Source: Pseudogymnoascus verrucosus (taxonomy: Eukaryota). Taken from it: 64,000 nucleotides of DNA. Position 1 is the first letter of the stretch; every line of letters starts with the position of its first letter. Of this stretch, positions 27,316-42,133 are shown one piece after another. Position numbers and translations under genes: made by a program. Where the stretch lies: assembly GCA_001662655.1 (NCBI GenBank), contig KV460224.1; one strand, 5' to 3'. The notes under the pieces are model-generated. The model made no database searches, was not told where the DNA came from, and worked only from the letters and a program-made list of their open reading frames with translations.

Positions 27316-28397
27316 CATGGTGAAATGGGGTTTCTTGCGCCAGCAGTGTCTCTTCCATCCTTGAATGGCACACATGTGCACGTCCATCTATGGCCGCACA
27401 TGAATGAGACTGATGATTACATTACTGGGGGAGGTCTTTATCTGTCTGAGAGCGAAAGTCTGGTCTGGCCCGAGCTCTTCTTATGAGATATCAGGCAAAT
27501 TGATTGCCGATGGAGAGAGGGCATTGATTTATCATGAGGCGTTTTTATGGCATGTGCTGGAGAATACTTTACTTGCCTGCGTGCGTGCTTTGTTTTGAAT
27601 CTATGATGATGTGGCGGGCGGGGGAGAAGAGACAGACAGTGGGGGGCGGGTTGGGTACTCTAGCACACACAGATACATGAATAGAGATGGGATTTTGTGC
27701 CGTGATAACTGAGTTATACTCACTCTACGGCGGCTGGTTTGATGGGTTTTGTGGGATGTAGGATGTGGATATCCATCCGTATGTGTACGTGCGTTTGTGT
27801 TTTGCCTGAATGTGCGTCCGTCTCTCTCCAGCCCCACCATGGCAGCACAACTCCGATGACGCCACAAAAGAAAAAAAAGGGCGACAGTCTCCCGACCAAC
27901 CCCTCTCCCTCCACGCCCTGAATATATCTCATATAGGCCATTCTGCATTATACCTACGATCTGTCATGGTATATTCTTTGCTTATTCACGGCATTAGAGC
28001 GGAAAAATATATGCAAATGTCATGTAATGCATGCTGAGTCAAATGGACTCTTCGCGACCAAGCGCTGCGGACTGTTGCGGACTGTTGATTACCATATCTA
28101 CTCATAATATTAGTCTTACCCTTACTACCCCATTTCCGTAAAAACGGCGCTAATGGTGGGGTGAGACGGCCCCAACGTCACCAATGTTGTGTTAGGCGAG
28201 GGGGAGGGGGTACTCAATCGTCCATAGCTCCTCCGAACCTCGCCCTCCTCTCTCAAGAATCTTTTTAATACTCATACTTCCCCGTGCAAAAACTTCTTCG
28301 GATCACGATTTGATATTGTAATCCGTGAGACGACGAGAGATATATACAGCTGAGATACCATCGAGTAAGCTGAGTGTGAATTGGACTATCTTCGTGA

Positions 28398-30305
<1,908 letters not shown>

Positions 30306-30892
30306 GTGGGGGGGGGGTGTCGAATACTGACTGGAGTAGATGATATGTTGTTGTGTTGCTGAGTGATGATTTATGGTGGATGAGAGATTTTCAAGAAATG
30401 TTACTTAACTGGTTTTTTGTGAGCTATGTTTTTTTTGTTGTTGCTATTAGCTAGATTGACTTGCGTGGCTTTAGGACATAAATGAAAAGCAGAGCTTGTA
30501 TTTATCTTTGGAAATGGGTGGTCCTTCCTTGAGGTGTTGTTGTAATTCGTGAAGTAAGGGTCTTTGGGCCTCAGAAAAATCCCGTCCCGCAGTATACCAA
30601 CCACCCTTCGATATATATTACAATTACCCACCACTACCAGCACATACACATAAATCAAGCATTTTAACCCTCATAATAAATATCATCCCTCAAAACCCAT
30701 CGCTGCAATCCCAATACCCCCCTCCCACCCCCCATGCATCCAAAACAGGCTTAGCCCCCTCAGCCCCATCAAGACAATTTATAAACACCAACAAGGCTGA
30801 GTGAGATCTTCCCTCACCCATCCAGCCAGCCGCATCCACGACGACCACCAAAAAGCCCAACTCAAGGCATAATCGCACCCCAAGCCCTGAAA

Positions 30893-31588
30893 ATGGCGAC
30901 TCCCATCCTCCAACGGAAGCGCGATACTGCGTATCTTGTCTACTTCCTAATCCACATCGTCGTGCTTTTCCGTTCGTCCCCCCCACCCCCTTTTTCTCCA
31001 CCCCCATCCCGTGACGGGAAGCAAGCTAACCCACCCAGTGGTCGACCTCTCCCCCCTCTACCCCTCCTCCCTCCGCCCCGCACTAAGCACGAAGCTCCTA
31101 GCTTACCAGGCGGAGGTATACCAGGACCGCTTCTTCGCGATCGAGATCCCGTTTTTTGAGTTCTTCCGGTACATGGAAGCCGTGATCCACCTTCCAGTCA
31201 GTTTCTGGGCCATCAGGGCCCTGGTAAATGCAGACCACAAGGTGCCTCTCGTCCTCTTTGCCTACGCCCTCCAGACCGTCATCACGACTGCTACGTGCAT
31301 GTACGACTTCAGCCAGTGGGAGGGCGTGGCGGTGGAGGCGAAGTGGCATTTGGCGAGCTTGTATGGGCCGTATTTGTTGATTGGTTAGTGGATGCTTTTC
31401 TTTTCCTTTCGTTTTTTTGCGGTGGGTGGCGGGGGAGGGGAGGTGTGGGATGGTGGGTGGGAAGGGGCGTGTGGGATTGAGACTAACTGACTGGGGTAGC
31501 TACGTATATGGCGGTGGATATGTGGGGGAGGTTGAGTGGGGATTTGAAGGAGTTGAGGCGTTTGAGGGCGGGGAAGAAGGGGAACTGA
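30893..31588 (+). CDS. EXPERA-domain membrane protein (TMEM97/Ema19-like), 170 aa, 3 exons (30893-30971, 31039-31383, 31500-31588)
   Basis: RKRDxxYLVYFLIH...VDLxPLYP...Y.DRFF...E...HLP...T.ITTATC...LYGPY...MAVDM pattern, several hydrophobic segments, and a C-terminal KKGN dilysine ER-retrieval-type motif. Confidence 0.82.
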
Positions 31589-31875
31589 GGCTGCTGCTTT
31601 TGGGGTAGCTGAGGGGGTTGGGATTGGATGGGATGGGATGAGAGATGCCGTGCCTGCTGGCCCAGCGAGATGGGAGTTTGACAATGGCACGAGAAAGATG
31701 TAATGGGATGATAGGGGATAATATCAGAGTTCATTTCAAGGTATGCATTACTATAGGATACAAGTTTAATACCGAAAAGCCTCCCCGGCGCCAAAGGGCG
31801 CGTATCAGCATTCCAAGGACTACATATCATATCATAAATCGTATCCTCCCTCCTCCTCCCCCCCAAAAACCCCCC

Positions 31876-32954
31876 CTAATCAATCCTCTTCCCGCCCCCC
31901 ATCCCCCATCCATTCCCCAACCCCGCACTATTAATCCCATACCCCCCCCCCAACGGCGTCGCCCCCCCCATCCCTCTCGCCCTCGCCTGAAGCCTCTTCG
32001 GCAACACAATCCCCCAGAAGTAAACCGTGCACACCAACACCCCCGCCCCAAACGCAACAAGCACATAAAACACCGTGCTCGCATACACATGCCCCCCCAT
32101 CCCATTCCACTCAAACCTCCCATTCGTCGTCGGCAGCGCCGGCGTCGGGAACCACCGCACCGAGAAGCTGAGAGGCAGCGGATCCCCAATAATGAGCTTG
32201 TGGTTGCTGTTCGCGAAGTACGGGAACGCGAGGTGTGGGTCCTTGGAGCTCGAAGCTAGCGGACTCGTCGAGTACGCGGCGCCTGAATCGACGACGCCCG
32301 AATCGTGCTTGTGGAGGTGGTGCTTCGGCACCGAGTGGAGGAGGATGTTAAGGTGTGTGCTGACGTGGAGGTGGGACCTTTGTAGAGTCCCCGCGAGCGC
32401 GAACACGAGGGGCACGTATTCCTGCTCTGGCGGCTGGGTGCCGGCGAGGGAGACGGTGGCTGGGGGCCGGGCGGGGAGACGGCACGAGAGCGGTGCGTCG
32501 TTGTGGATGTAGAATTCGAGGAGGTGGAAGAGAGGGTCGGAGACGGAGGCGATGGTGCAGTTTATGTCGGCCTCGACGCCGTATTGGAGGTCGAGGGGGA
32601 GACCGGTCTCTTCGCACGTCGCGAAGGGGACGTATTTCAGCTTGTCGCCTTCTTGGATGTGTTCTCCTGTCTCGCTGGGGAAGGGGGTTAGTGATGGTTC
32701 TGGATGGTAGGGGAGGTGGGACACGTGAAAGGGGTAGGTGGCGGTTTGTGCCATTGCGAAGGCAGCGGGAGATGGAAGAATGGGACGTACATTGAGCGAT
32801 CTAGACATGTAATTGGGATCCTGGCGCCGTAGTGATACTGGGGCCTTATATCGGAATCCTCAATCGCAGCAGCGGCGAATCCGACGATCGAGGAGAGGGC
32901 GAGCACGACCGCCAGCAGGAAGGAGCTGCATGGCCATCGCCGTTGCGCAAACAT
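31876..32954 (-). CDS. Hypothetical type I membrane protein, 320 aa, 2 exons (32954-32791, 32674-31876)
   Basis: Signal peptide (FLLAVVLALSSIVGFAAA), Cys-containing luminal domain, one TM segment (TVFYVLVAFGAGVLVCTVYFWG) and a Gly-rich tail ending GKRID. The intron restores the frame. Confidence 0.8.
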
Positions 32955-33515
32955 GGTGAGTTAGATGTCTGCGACCTGGGAGGAGAATTGTGGAGAGAGA
33001 GAGAAAGTTGGTTTATAGACTCATGCCACCGGGATATTAGATCCTCAGCCTCTTGTTGCGTCGTGAGGTGCTTTCTGGCATGCCCCAGTATTTATCCAAG
33101 CTCTGAAATCTGGGGTAAACTATGCCGAATGAGGCCACGAAACACGATATGGTCCCTGCGAGGCTGGGATACGAGGCTGAGTCGCGAGGCTGAGAAAGTA
33201 TGGTAAACACGAATGGTCCAGAGGGGCCGGTCATCGTGATGCCTTGGAGCTGTGGGAAGTAATTATTTTTGTTATTCTATGTAATTCTATTGCCATGGAT
33301 GTTATCGTATTATTTGTGGGTTGGCCTGAAAACAGGCCCTTCTTTGTTGGTTGGCTGTGTTGGTTGTGTTGGTTGTAGCCTTGCTGCGCATAATGCATTC
33401 ACCCGTCTAAGCCCAGCTCCCCCTTCAGTTCACCTATAAACCCATCTTCTCTTTCAACTTTCAAACAAACAATCCACCAGAACCAACAAGAGAATACCGT
33501 TGTACTCACTCCAAA

Positions 33516-34565
33516 ATGTCCCCAAAAGTTATTAAACGTTGCTCTTGTGGTGAGAAGTTGAAGACCGGCAAGGCTTGGTCTGACCACATTCGCGATTCAC
33601 CAAAACACAATACCAATCATTTCATGAGAAACAGATTGCCGAAGCCTTGGAATTTGAAAGCAGAGCTTGCGGCCATGGAAACCAATCCAGAAAGCTCCAC
33701 CCAAGTGAATAACATGCCGATCACCGCTGTGGTAAGTACACACCCAACAACGAACAACTTCACGACTGTTGCTGACCGACAAACTTAGGCCAGCTCTACC
33801 CCATCAGTTTCTGAAGCAGCAACTACACCTTCGATTCACTGTACTGCAAAAGATAAAGGCAAGGAGCCTGAGATCATTGAAACCACCATCGAAGAAACAC
33901 CAACGGAGAAGCTCGAGAAAGCTAACGCCAAGGTGGAGGAAGTCCAGAGTCTTCACAATAGACTGAGAGCGAAGCTCAGCGAACTTCTCCAATTCGAAAT
34001 CACGAGTGAGCTCAAGGCAGCAATCAAGAGAGACCTCGAGGATGACATCAAGGCGGAATTCGGAGGCGATCTGAAGAAACTCAAGTCTGAGATGATGTCT
34101 GATCTCATCTCAGAGATCAAGTCAGACTTCAAGAAGGTCGTTAAAGAGGAGATCAAGAATGAATTCAGAATGACAGTCGCATACCAACTCAGCAGCAAGA
34201 CCGAACAGAAAATAGAGCCCATGGACGATCTGAAGTCTGAACTCAAGGCTGAACTCAAGATCGAACTCATGGAGGAATTCAAAAACAGCAACAAGTTCGG
34301 ATCGAGCAAGAAATCCGCGGAGAAACTAAAGAGGGGTTGGAGGGTACCTAGCAAGAAAGCCGCCCTGACTGATGATGATCTCGATCTGATTGGGGATCCT
34401 AACCCAGCTTGGAACGAATTCAGAAACAGCAACAAGCCTCAGTCAACTGAGGAATCCACGGAGGAACAGAAGGGGGGTACGGATATACGCAACGAGGAAC
34501 CTGCCCTGACTGAGGATGATCTCGATCTGATCGGGGAGCCTAACCCAGATTGGATTGAGCTGTAG
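33516..34565 (+). CDS. Orphan protein, 330 aa, 2 exons (33516-33731, 33789-34565): N-terminal C2H2-like finger, coiled coil, C-terminal repeat
   Basis: The GTAAGT...GCTGAC...TAG intron joins two ORFs in frame. Motif CSCGEKLKTGKAWSDHIRDSPKH and a heptad-like LKSELKAELK region are present. Confidence 0.7.
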
Positions 34566-35019
34566 TGCGTATAGTCGCGAGATGAGGGCTTCCACAAGTT
34601 GTTATCGTCCATAGATACTTTGCTTATAATTGAGAACGATTGCTCACCGAGATTGCGATTGTAAAATGATGAACCTGTATGTGGGCTCACCACATTGAAA
34701 ACGGAATAGAGGAGGGGGATCCACAGCTATATTTCTCGTTATCCCTTCCCACAGCCCTTTCACGTACTTTAGCCCACCAAGTAGTACAATTCTGCTTTCC
34801 TGATTTGATATCCTAGGAGTATTTCACTACCAAACAGAGGCACAACCCCCCAAGCCACCCTATGCCACCCCGTCCTCCACGGACATCATTTCCCATATCC
34901 CTTAAAAACGCCACGCCAAACGTCACAGCTGGTATTCCCAAAGTAAACCGCTTTCACCTTGCCTCCCTCCACTCCCCATAAAAACGCCAATAACAATACA
35001 CCCCGGTAACCCACAAAAA

Positions 35020-36653
35020 CTACGCCTTGGCAATCCACCCACTCGTCACGAAGAATTCAAAGATCCTTCCACCGCGCTGACTCTCAAGCCTACAAATCTC
35101 CCTCGCCTGCTTCTTCTTCATCTGCCCATTCGTCTTCACTGCCTCCTTGAGAATAGCCTCCTTGACAGCAAGATACGGCTTCGGTTGCAGTCGCAGTGTG
35201 CGGCAGAGCTCAATCTCCTCTTTCGTCAGGAGGTGGATATCCGGCGCGTTCTCATGGTTGATATTAAGTGGCTGTATTCCGGGTACCGGCTGGATGACTG
35301 TTTTCTGCCGAACCGAGAGGGGAGTGGAGATGCCGTTGGTGTGGCCGTTGACGCCGTTCGGGCGCGGAGAGTCGGTTGGTGTATCCACTGCGCTACTCAC
35401 GCCATTCGCCATACCACTGGGCCCATTCTGGAGAAGCCTGAGCGGTAGCTCGGGAGCCACAAGCGCCGCAGCACCGGAAGGAACCTCCATTGCTGGCTGA
35501 GCCTTCGCGCGCTGCGACGCAAAGCGCTCACGGTCCAGAGATCCCATAGGCTGCGTCTTCTGCGCGCGCAACGTCTTATCGCCCTCGTACTTCTCACCAC
35601 TGCGCAGGTCGCCAACGCGATTATGTCTCCAGTCCTGGAGTTGGTGCACAGCTTGGCGTAGGTTTAATTCCTCAATAAGGCCTTTGTTGAGGTCATCGAA
35701 GTCATCGTGGTTCATCATGCGCGCGAAGGGTTTGGCTTTTGTGAGAAGGTCACGCTCCTCCTTGGTGCGCTTCTTGTCTGCGGCTGCGTTCTTGCGGTAT
35801 TCCAGAATGTTGTGTTCGAAGATTACCTTCTTCCGGTCCGCACGCCCCGTGAGTCGGTTATTGTAGATGTCCATCACTGTCATCTTGAGCTCCATCTCGG
35901 GCTCCATCTCGCCAGTGCGGGGGTTGATTCCATCGCCTGGTTCGAATTGCATGTGCTGTACTGCCTCTTCCGCCTCGTTCGCCCACTCCGTCTCAAACTC
36001 CAACCGACCAGGCATGTATCCCTGAATTTCGTGACATGACGGCACACTAGCTGTAGGCTTCTTCTTTGGCAGCGCAGGCACAGCATTCTTTGCATCTTCC
36101 TTCCGCTTCTCAATTCGCTGTTTCTTCTGCTGCTGGAACCGTGCCCGTGTTCCTTCGTCTGACAAGTCGATTTCCTCCGGCGCTTGTCGCTTCGGTAGGG
36201 GAAACGAAGGGCTCTCGACATACGTCTTTACGTAATGATCTCGCACCTCATCCTTATCTCGATATCCGCCAATGTGATCCGCTATATCAGCCCAAGACCC
36301 CAGACCGTAGATCTCCGCGCCCTCAAGCAAAAGCAACTCCTCATCTGCTCCCCAGCTGCTATCGTAAATCGGGACCGAATTCTGCTCAATAACGCGGTAC
36401 GGGTGGGTGGCAGGATTATGGTCGCGATTCGACTCCCCATTGGAGAAACATTGCACACAAACATCGTACTCGTTGCAAACGGCGTGCGCGCAGCGGATGC
36501 GCACCTAGAAAGTGTCAGTAACCCAATTCAGAGCCATTCAAGGCGCCAAATTTCACATACCGTAGATGTAATATCCGCCGAACAGACATCGCAGACGTAT
36601 TTCACGCCTCCCTCACCCCCGCGCGCGGCAGTCTTCTTTCGGATGACTCCCAT
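35020..36653 (-). CDS. ADA2: SAGA complex transcriptional adapter Ada2, 525 aa, 2 exons (36653-36561, 36504-35020)
   Basis: MGVIRKK start, ZZ finger ([16 protein letters not shown]), SANT domain ([12 protein letters not shown]...[11 protein letters not shown]), GYMPGRLEF and a C-terminal SWIRM domain. Confidence 0.96.
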
Positions 36654-37248
36654 CGCGACTTATGGCTCCGGTCATGCGCCGACGCGCTTGATGCGCCAAA
36701 TCCGGTGGCAAGGCGGCGAGGCCGCGTAACCGGGCAGGATGTGCTGATTCCGGTAGGTTAAGGGTGAATGGATTGGAGATCGTGGAGGTCGAGAGGGAGA
36801 TGTTGGTGGTTTGGTCAATAATGTGGCGTTGGGACCTTTGAGGTCGGTTTAAGCGTTGGTCGCGAACGATCCGAACATGGAAGTGGAGTGTGGCACTCCT
36901 GCGTGTGCCTTCCGGAAGGCTGACAGCCGCCACCCCGCTTATTGCGGCTGTCGGATAATTATTATACCGAGTTCCGGTATATCACGTTTGTTGACGGCGT
37001 CCATACACGTTCAGATTCTCACGAGTGATACGATGGTGGGAATGGACAGGAAAGAAATACTGACTATAAAGCTGGCAGATTCATTGGATTGTCGTCGGTT
37101 ACAGAATGGGTCACGTGATGCGATAGATCGCATTCGTTTAAGGATCACTGCCGTTTACTAGAGAAAAAGAGCATGTTCGCTGCAAGGTTGTATACTCTTA
37201 GTAGGGTCTAGAGATATTCTTATTCCAATACCATCCAATCTCTGTCTA

Positions 37249-39403
37249 TCATTTACCCACAATCCCCAACTCGCGGTAAAACGCCTCGGTGCTCGGCTTC
37301 CGTCCCAAGAACGCCTCCAGAGTCACCATCTCATCCTGGCTCCCACCCTTCTCAAGCACCATATGCCTATAGCGTCTCCCCTCCACCGCGCTCATCGGGT
37401 CCTTCGCGAACACGCTGTGGAACATGTCCGCCGAGTAGACCTGCGACGACAGGTACCCGTAGTATCCGGCATCGTACCCTCCGATCAGATGTCCAAATGT
37501 CGCAGGGCCGTTACCCCAAGCATTACCCTGGCCAAGCTCCTCTGGTCCCTTCATCCCCGAGATCTGCATGCGAAGCTTGTTGTACAGCTCTGAGATCTCC
37601 AGTCCGATGGCCTCCTCGTGTGTCTTGGGCGTGTGGACCGCCATGTCGAAGGTACCGAAATGAAGCTGGCGAAGGTTGAACAGCGCATCGTTGACGTGTT
37701 TTGTCCCAATCAGCTTCTCAATAAGGTCATCGGGGATAGCTTCCCCAGAGACGTAGTGCTTGCTAAGTCCCTTAAGCTGCGCGGGAGCCCAGCACCAGTT
37801 CTCCAGCATCTGACTAGGCGCCTCGACGAAATCTCGCACGACGCTAGTCCCGTGGAAGCGAGAGTACTGCGTGCGGCCAACGAGATCGTGGATTCCGTGA
37901 CCCAGCTCGTGGAAGAGCGTGACGACCTCGTCGTGCTTGAGGAGCGATGGCTTGTCGGCCGTCGGCTTGGAGAAGTTGCATACGAGCGCTGTGGCGGGGT
38001 AGCGGCGCGTGCCGTTCGCGGCCACGAAGCCGCTCTGGAGGTTGAAGTTGGCGGCGTGGCCGTACTTTCCAGGGCGGGGGTGGAGATCAAGGTAAAGGTA
38101 ACCAGAGAAGGCACCGCCCTCACCAGCATCATCCCAGACGCTGAAGAGCTTAACGTCTTCGTGCCAGACGATGTCATCGCGCTTACCGGTGGGGGAGAGG
38201 GCGTCGCGGGCCTCACCTTCAATCTCGACGAAGACGAGACCGAAGAGGGACTCAAAGATGTTGAGCATGCTGTTGACCGTAGATTCGAGGGGGAAGTACT
38301 CGGCGATCTTCTGCTCGTCGATGGTGTACTCCTGCTCGACCATCAGGCGGTCGTAGAAGCGGTGATCCCAGAGGTAGTAGTTGCCGTCATAGGTGCCTTC
38401 CAGGCCGCGGCTCTTCAGGTCGGCCACCTTCAATTCCTTGAGGTGCTCAGTCTCCTTGACGCCTCCCGGGGCCAATTGGGTCCTCAAGTCGCCCAAGAAA
38501 TCAAGGACAGTCTTGGGGGTCTTGGCCATCTTGTCTTCAATCCTGAAGGTAGCGTGATCGGGGTAGCCCAGAAGTCTGGCAGCCTCGTCACGAAGGACAA
38601 TAGCCTCCTTAAAGAGAGGGACGTTGACGTTGCACTATTTCATACATTAGCATGGAACTAAACTTTTGGGCAAGAAGACAAACCTTGTTCTCGTTCTCAA
38701 TGAACAGCTTCTGCCTCAACTCGGCACTGAGTGCAAACTTGAGCGTCGGGAACAGATCAGGGTACTTGAAGCTCAGCCTCAACTTCCCCTCATTTTCCCC
38801 AGTCCCCTTCTCCAACCCACCCAACACATCCTCAGGGACGCCCTTCATCTCGTCCCTCGTAACCCAAATGCCTCCATCCTCCTCATTCAGGTTCTTCTGG
38901 AAATCAGTGCTAATCTGACTCAATCTCAACTTGATCTCCTTGAACCTGTCCCTCTTCGGCCCAGCCGGCAACCCCAGACCATTGCGGATATAACTCTTTC
39001 GCTCCTTCTCCAACAACCGCTGGCTCTCCGGGTCGAGCTTTGCGCCCTTTTGGAACGCCGCTTCGACCAGCTTATACACGTCCTCGCGCATACTCGCCTC
39101 GATCGCAAACTCATCCATTATCTTCTCAGCCTCGGTACTAGCATCACGCAGCGCCTTGTCGGTTGATACAGCCTGGTAGAAGCCGATGATGCGGGCCTCG
39201 AGAGAGCCCTCGTTCTCATCGACCGCCATAGGCAGAACGACGCTCTGGAATGCGGCATCCTCCGGCTTAACGGAGCTGACGATGTTGTCCATCACGCTCT
39301 TGGAGTTGGCGCATAGCTTCTTCGCATCAGCGACCAGCGAGGCCGTCGTAGCCGTGAAGAGCGGGGGTGCCTGCGGCGGCGTACGGTACTGAGCCGGCGC
39401 CAT
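37249..39403 (-). CDS. PRD1: M3-family metallo-oligopeptidase (MepB/saccharolysin/thimet-like), 701 aa from the first ATG, 2 exons (39403-38684, 38634-37249); possible 64-aa extension from GTG at 39595
   Basis: Motifs YLDLHPRPGKYGHAA, TLFHELGHGIH (HExxH), DFVEAPSQMLENW and GHLIGGYDAGYYGYL. Confidence 0.93.
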
Positions 39404-40008
39404 GGTGGAAGTAGTTATCGGAGCGGTTGCAGTCCAAGGGGGCCTCGAAGTAGCTGCTGTTGCGGCTGGTCGGAGGTGACTATATATGGACGACAGGCGG
39501 GGCCCGAGACGGAAAGAAGGAGCCAGAATGAAGAGTGAGCCTGCGAAGATGACAAGGGCAAGAACGAACAGGCGGAATGGCGATGATGGCGCCACTTTGG
39601 AGGATTGGGGATTGGGAACGGACGGTGTGTGGGGATGTGTGCTGTTAGGTGGCTAGCCGAGTTGTGGGACGAGGCTGCTGAGATGGTTTAGGGATCAGTG
39701 ATCAGTGGTGGATAGAGAGATGTTGTGGAGTGGTTACGAAACCGTCAGCTCCAATGCAGCCGGCTAGATGGCCTTGATGACACGCGAGGCTTGGGGGTTG
39801 CATGGCGGGGAGTTAATCCGCCCACGGCCCAGCCAGCCTTGCGCTTACATTGGAGCTCAGTTCTTGACATCTCAGCCTTGCCTTCTGTTCATATACCAAC
39901 CAACTTCCTCTTCACGTACAACTCATAGCCACCTTACCTCCTTACAACCGCCTTACTTTACGACGACCTCCTCCACACCGACCTCACGCCCTACACACAA
40001 CCCCCACC

Positions 40009-40503
40009 ATGGCGACCCCCCAAATCCACACCTACCACTGCGCCTGCACCTCCCTCCTCCTCGCGACAACAACCCCCCTCCCCTCCCTCCCCCGCCGCGC
40101 CACCTCCCTCGACCGTGCGACCATCCTCCCACTGCACTCTGACGCCCACCCTCCCTCCGCCACAATCCCTCACACAACACTCCTCTCCATGACGCCCGAC
40201 CGCCGCATCACGACCATCCGCCGCGAAGACGGCTTCGAGAAGCGCATCCTTTGGAGGTGTGGGCGCTGCCGTGTTGTGGTGGGGTATGAGCTTGACCCGT
40301 CGCATTTTGAGGCTCCGACAACAGCTGTAGGTGGGGAGGCGGAGGAGGGAAGCAGTGCTGCACCAGAGAGTGGGGTAGCGAAGGTGTTGTATATCCTTCC
40401 TGGCTGGGTTCAGAGCACCGAGCACATGGCATCTGGGAAGAAAATCGGCGAACAGGGCGCCGTGCTAGAAGGTGCACAGCTAGGTGTTGCGGCGTGGGAA
40501 TAA
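40009..40503 (+). CDS. STEEP1/CXorf56 (UPF0428)-like zinc-binding protein, 164 aa
   Basis: IHTYHC.C...L..LPRR..DRA.I...IRREDGFEKR..WRCGRC..VVGY pattern, with caccATGG start context. Confidence 0.75.
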   Translation: MATPQIHTYHCACTSLLLATTTPLPSLPRRATSLDRATILPLHSDAHPPSATIPHTTLLSMTPDRRITTIRREDGFEKRILWRCGRCRVVVGYELDPSHFEAPTTAVGGEAEEGSSAAPESGVAKVLYILPGWVQSTEHMASGKKIGEQGAVLEGAQLGVAAWE

Positions 40504-40792
40504 GCAGGTGGGATTCTGGAAGTCGGTATGACTGTACTATGAGCATTGCGGGCGTTAAAAACCATGGGTTTGGGATTCACATATCAAGGGGAATACAGAA
40601 GCACAGTTTTGTTCTAGTCAATCGATTGCTCTATGATGCGAGCCGCAATAAGGCAAAAACTATCGAAACGACTTCCCTCCTCCGTCCGTCCGGCCGGTCC
40701 ATTGTACAAAGTGAACGACAGCAAAGCCCAGCTAATCGTGTCATGCATCTCGTAACCTCATGCAACTCTCCTAATCCCCATCATACGCCCAT

Positions 40793-41675
40793 CTAGTTCG
40801 CCAATACTGTCCTCACGAGATCTACGCATAACCCGTTAGCTTTTGCATTTGAATACCCCGCTTCCTCCCCTCCCCCAATGAGTGGTGTCAACATACCAGT
40901 GTAGTTGATCTCCCCACTGCTCGTATCCACAGCCTTGAGCAGCTCATCGACCTCCTCGTCGCTCATCTTCTCTCCCAAGTTGGTCAAGATGTAGCGAAGC
41001 TGTCCAACGCCGATAAATCCCGTCATGTCCTTATCGAAGACCTGGAAGCCGCGGCAGTACTCCTCCGGCTCGCCTGGGTCGCGGAATCCGCCGGGGCGGT
41101 TGAGGATCTTGGAGAAGGTCTCGAAATCGACTATTTGATTGTCCCTCGTTAGCTTCGTCTCTTCGCACCTCCCGGTTCAACGCATTTCTGCCTTTCTCTC
41201 CAGATGTCTATTTCCTGCACCCCCTGAGGTACAGGGTCATGGCGGGGAAGACGTACAATCCGACCCAACATTCTTCTCCAAATCCCTGATCTCCGACAAT
41301 GTCGGGTTCTGTCCGCACGCGCGCAGCAGATCGCCGAGCGACTCGAGCTGTACGCGCTGGTTACCGCGCTTGTCGAAGAGGGCAAATGCCTCCTTGTAGT
41401 TCGTTGAGGCCTGGGCGTCGTAAGAATTGTTAGCTGCCATCTTGAACACTCGTATCTTTCTGATGCGGTCGGTGCGTAGTTTATTCTGCTTATAGGACGA
41501 GTAGAGATGATGTGGTGGGTGTCACAGAGGTGGGAAGCGTGTTGTTGTTGACGTCGTGGTCGGTGGGCTGTCGTCCCACAGCTGGTTTGTTTTGGTTGCG
41601 GGAGCCAAAATAGCGGTTCTCCTTTCGGGCAAGGGAAGGGGACCAGGGTGTGCGGGTTGCGGGGAGACTCACCAT
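40793..41675 (-). CDS. cdc4: Myosin light chain (Cdc4/Mlc1, EF-hand), 139 aa, 4 exons (41675-41673, 41410-41257, 41130-40897, 40821-40793)
   Basis: ATG|GTGAGT first exon, then ASTNYKEAFALFDKRG, GDLLRACGQNPTLSEI, GFQVFDKDMTGFIGVGQLRYILTNLGEKMSDEEVDELLK. Confidence 0.93.
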
Positions 41676-42133
41676 TATGAGGTTTTGTATGTGTGCTTTT
41701 GAGGATTTGAGGGTATCGCGAGTGTAGAATTGCAGAGATGATGGTTTTAGACAGGAGGTTATTTGGAGATTGGAGGTTTATGATCGCCGGGTCCGTGCCT
41801 TTTGTGCGGTGAGAGAGTTGTGTTTATGCCGTTGTGTTCAACCGGTAGGGGACAGGGTTGCTGGCACGGCAACGTACCGATGATACGCGGAATGGGTGAT
41901 GGATATATATATATGCAACTTCAAAGTGCTTGCATAAAAGTTCACGATATATATTGTCTACAGTAACTATTATTGACCTTAACTATTTGTATTGTAATTG
42001 AATACTATAGGTCTACTATATTCTTCTATATCTAATATATACCGGCAAGATTGGAGAGTTGTCGTCGATATCTCTATTTATACATCCTCCTCTTCCTCCC
42101 CACTCGACCTACCCCTCGGTCTCATCCCCAGTC

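Noticed and set aside
28194..28246. Imperfect inverted repeat (ggcgagg...cctcgcc) upstream of PGI
   Set aside because: A short stem is expected by chance where G-rich and C-rich tracts meet, and there are no RNA-family features.
37618..38661. 347-aa + strand ORF, and similar long antisense ORFs at 42059-43093, 28542-29378, 13926-14855 and 11645-12553
   Set aside because: They lie antisense to well-supported genes. Strong codon bias suppresses stops on the opposite strand, and none has recognisable motifs.
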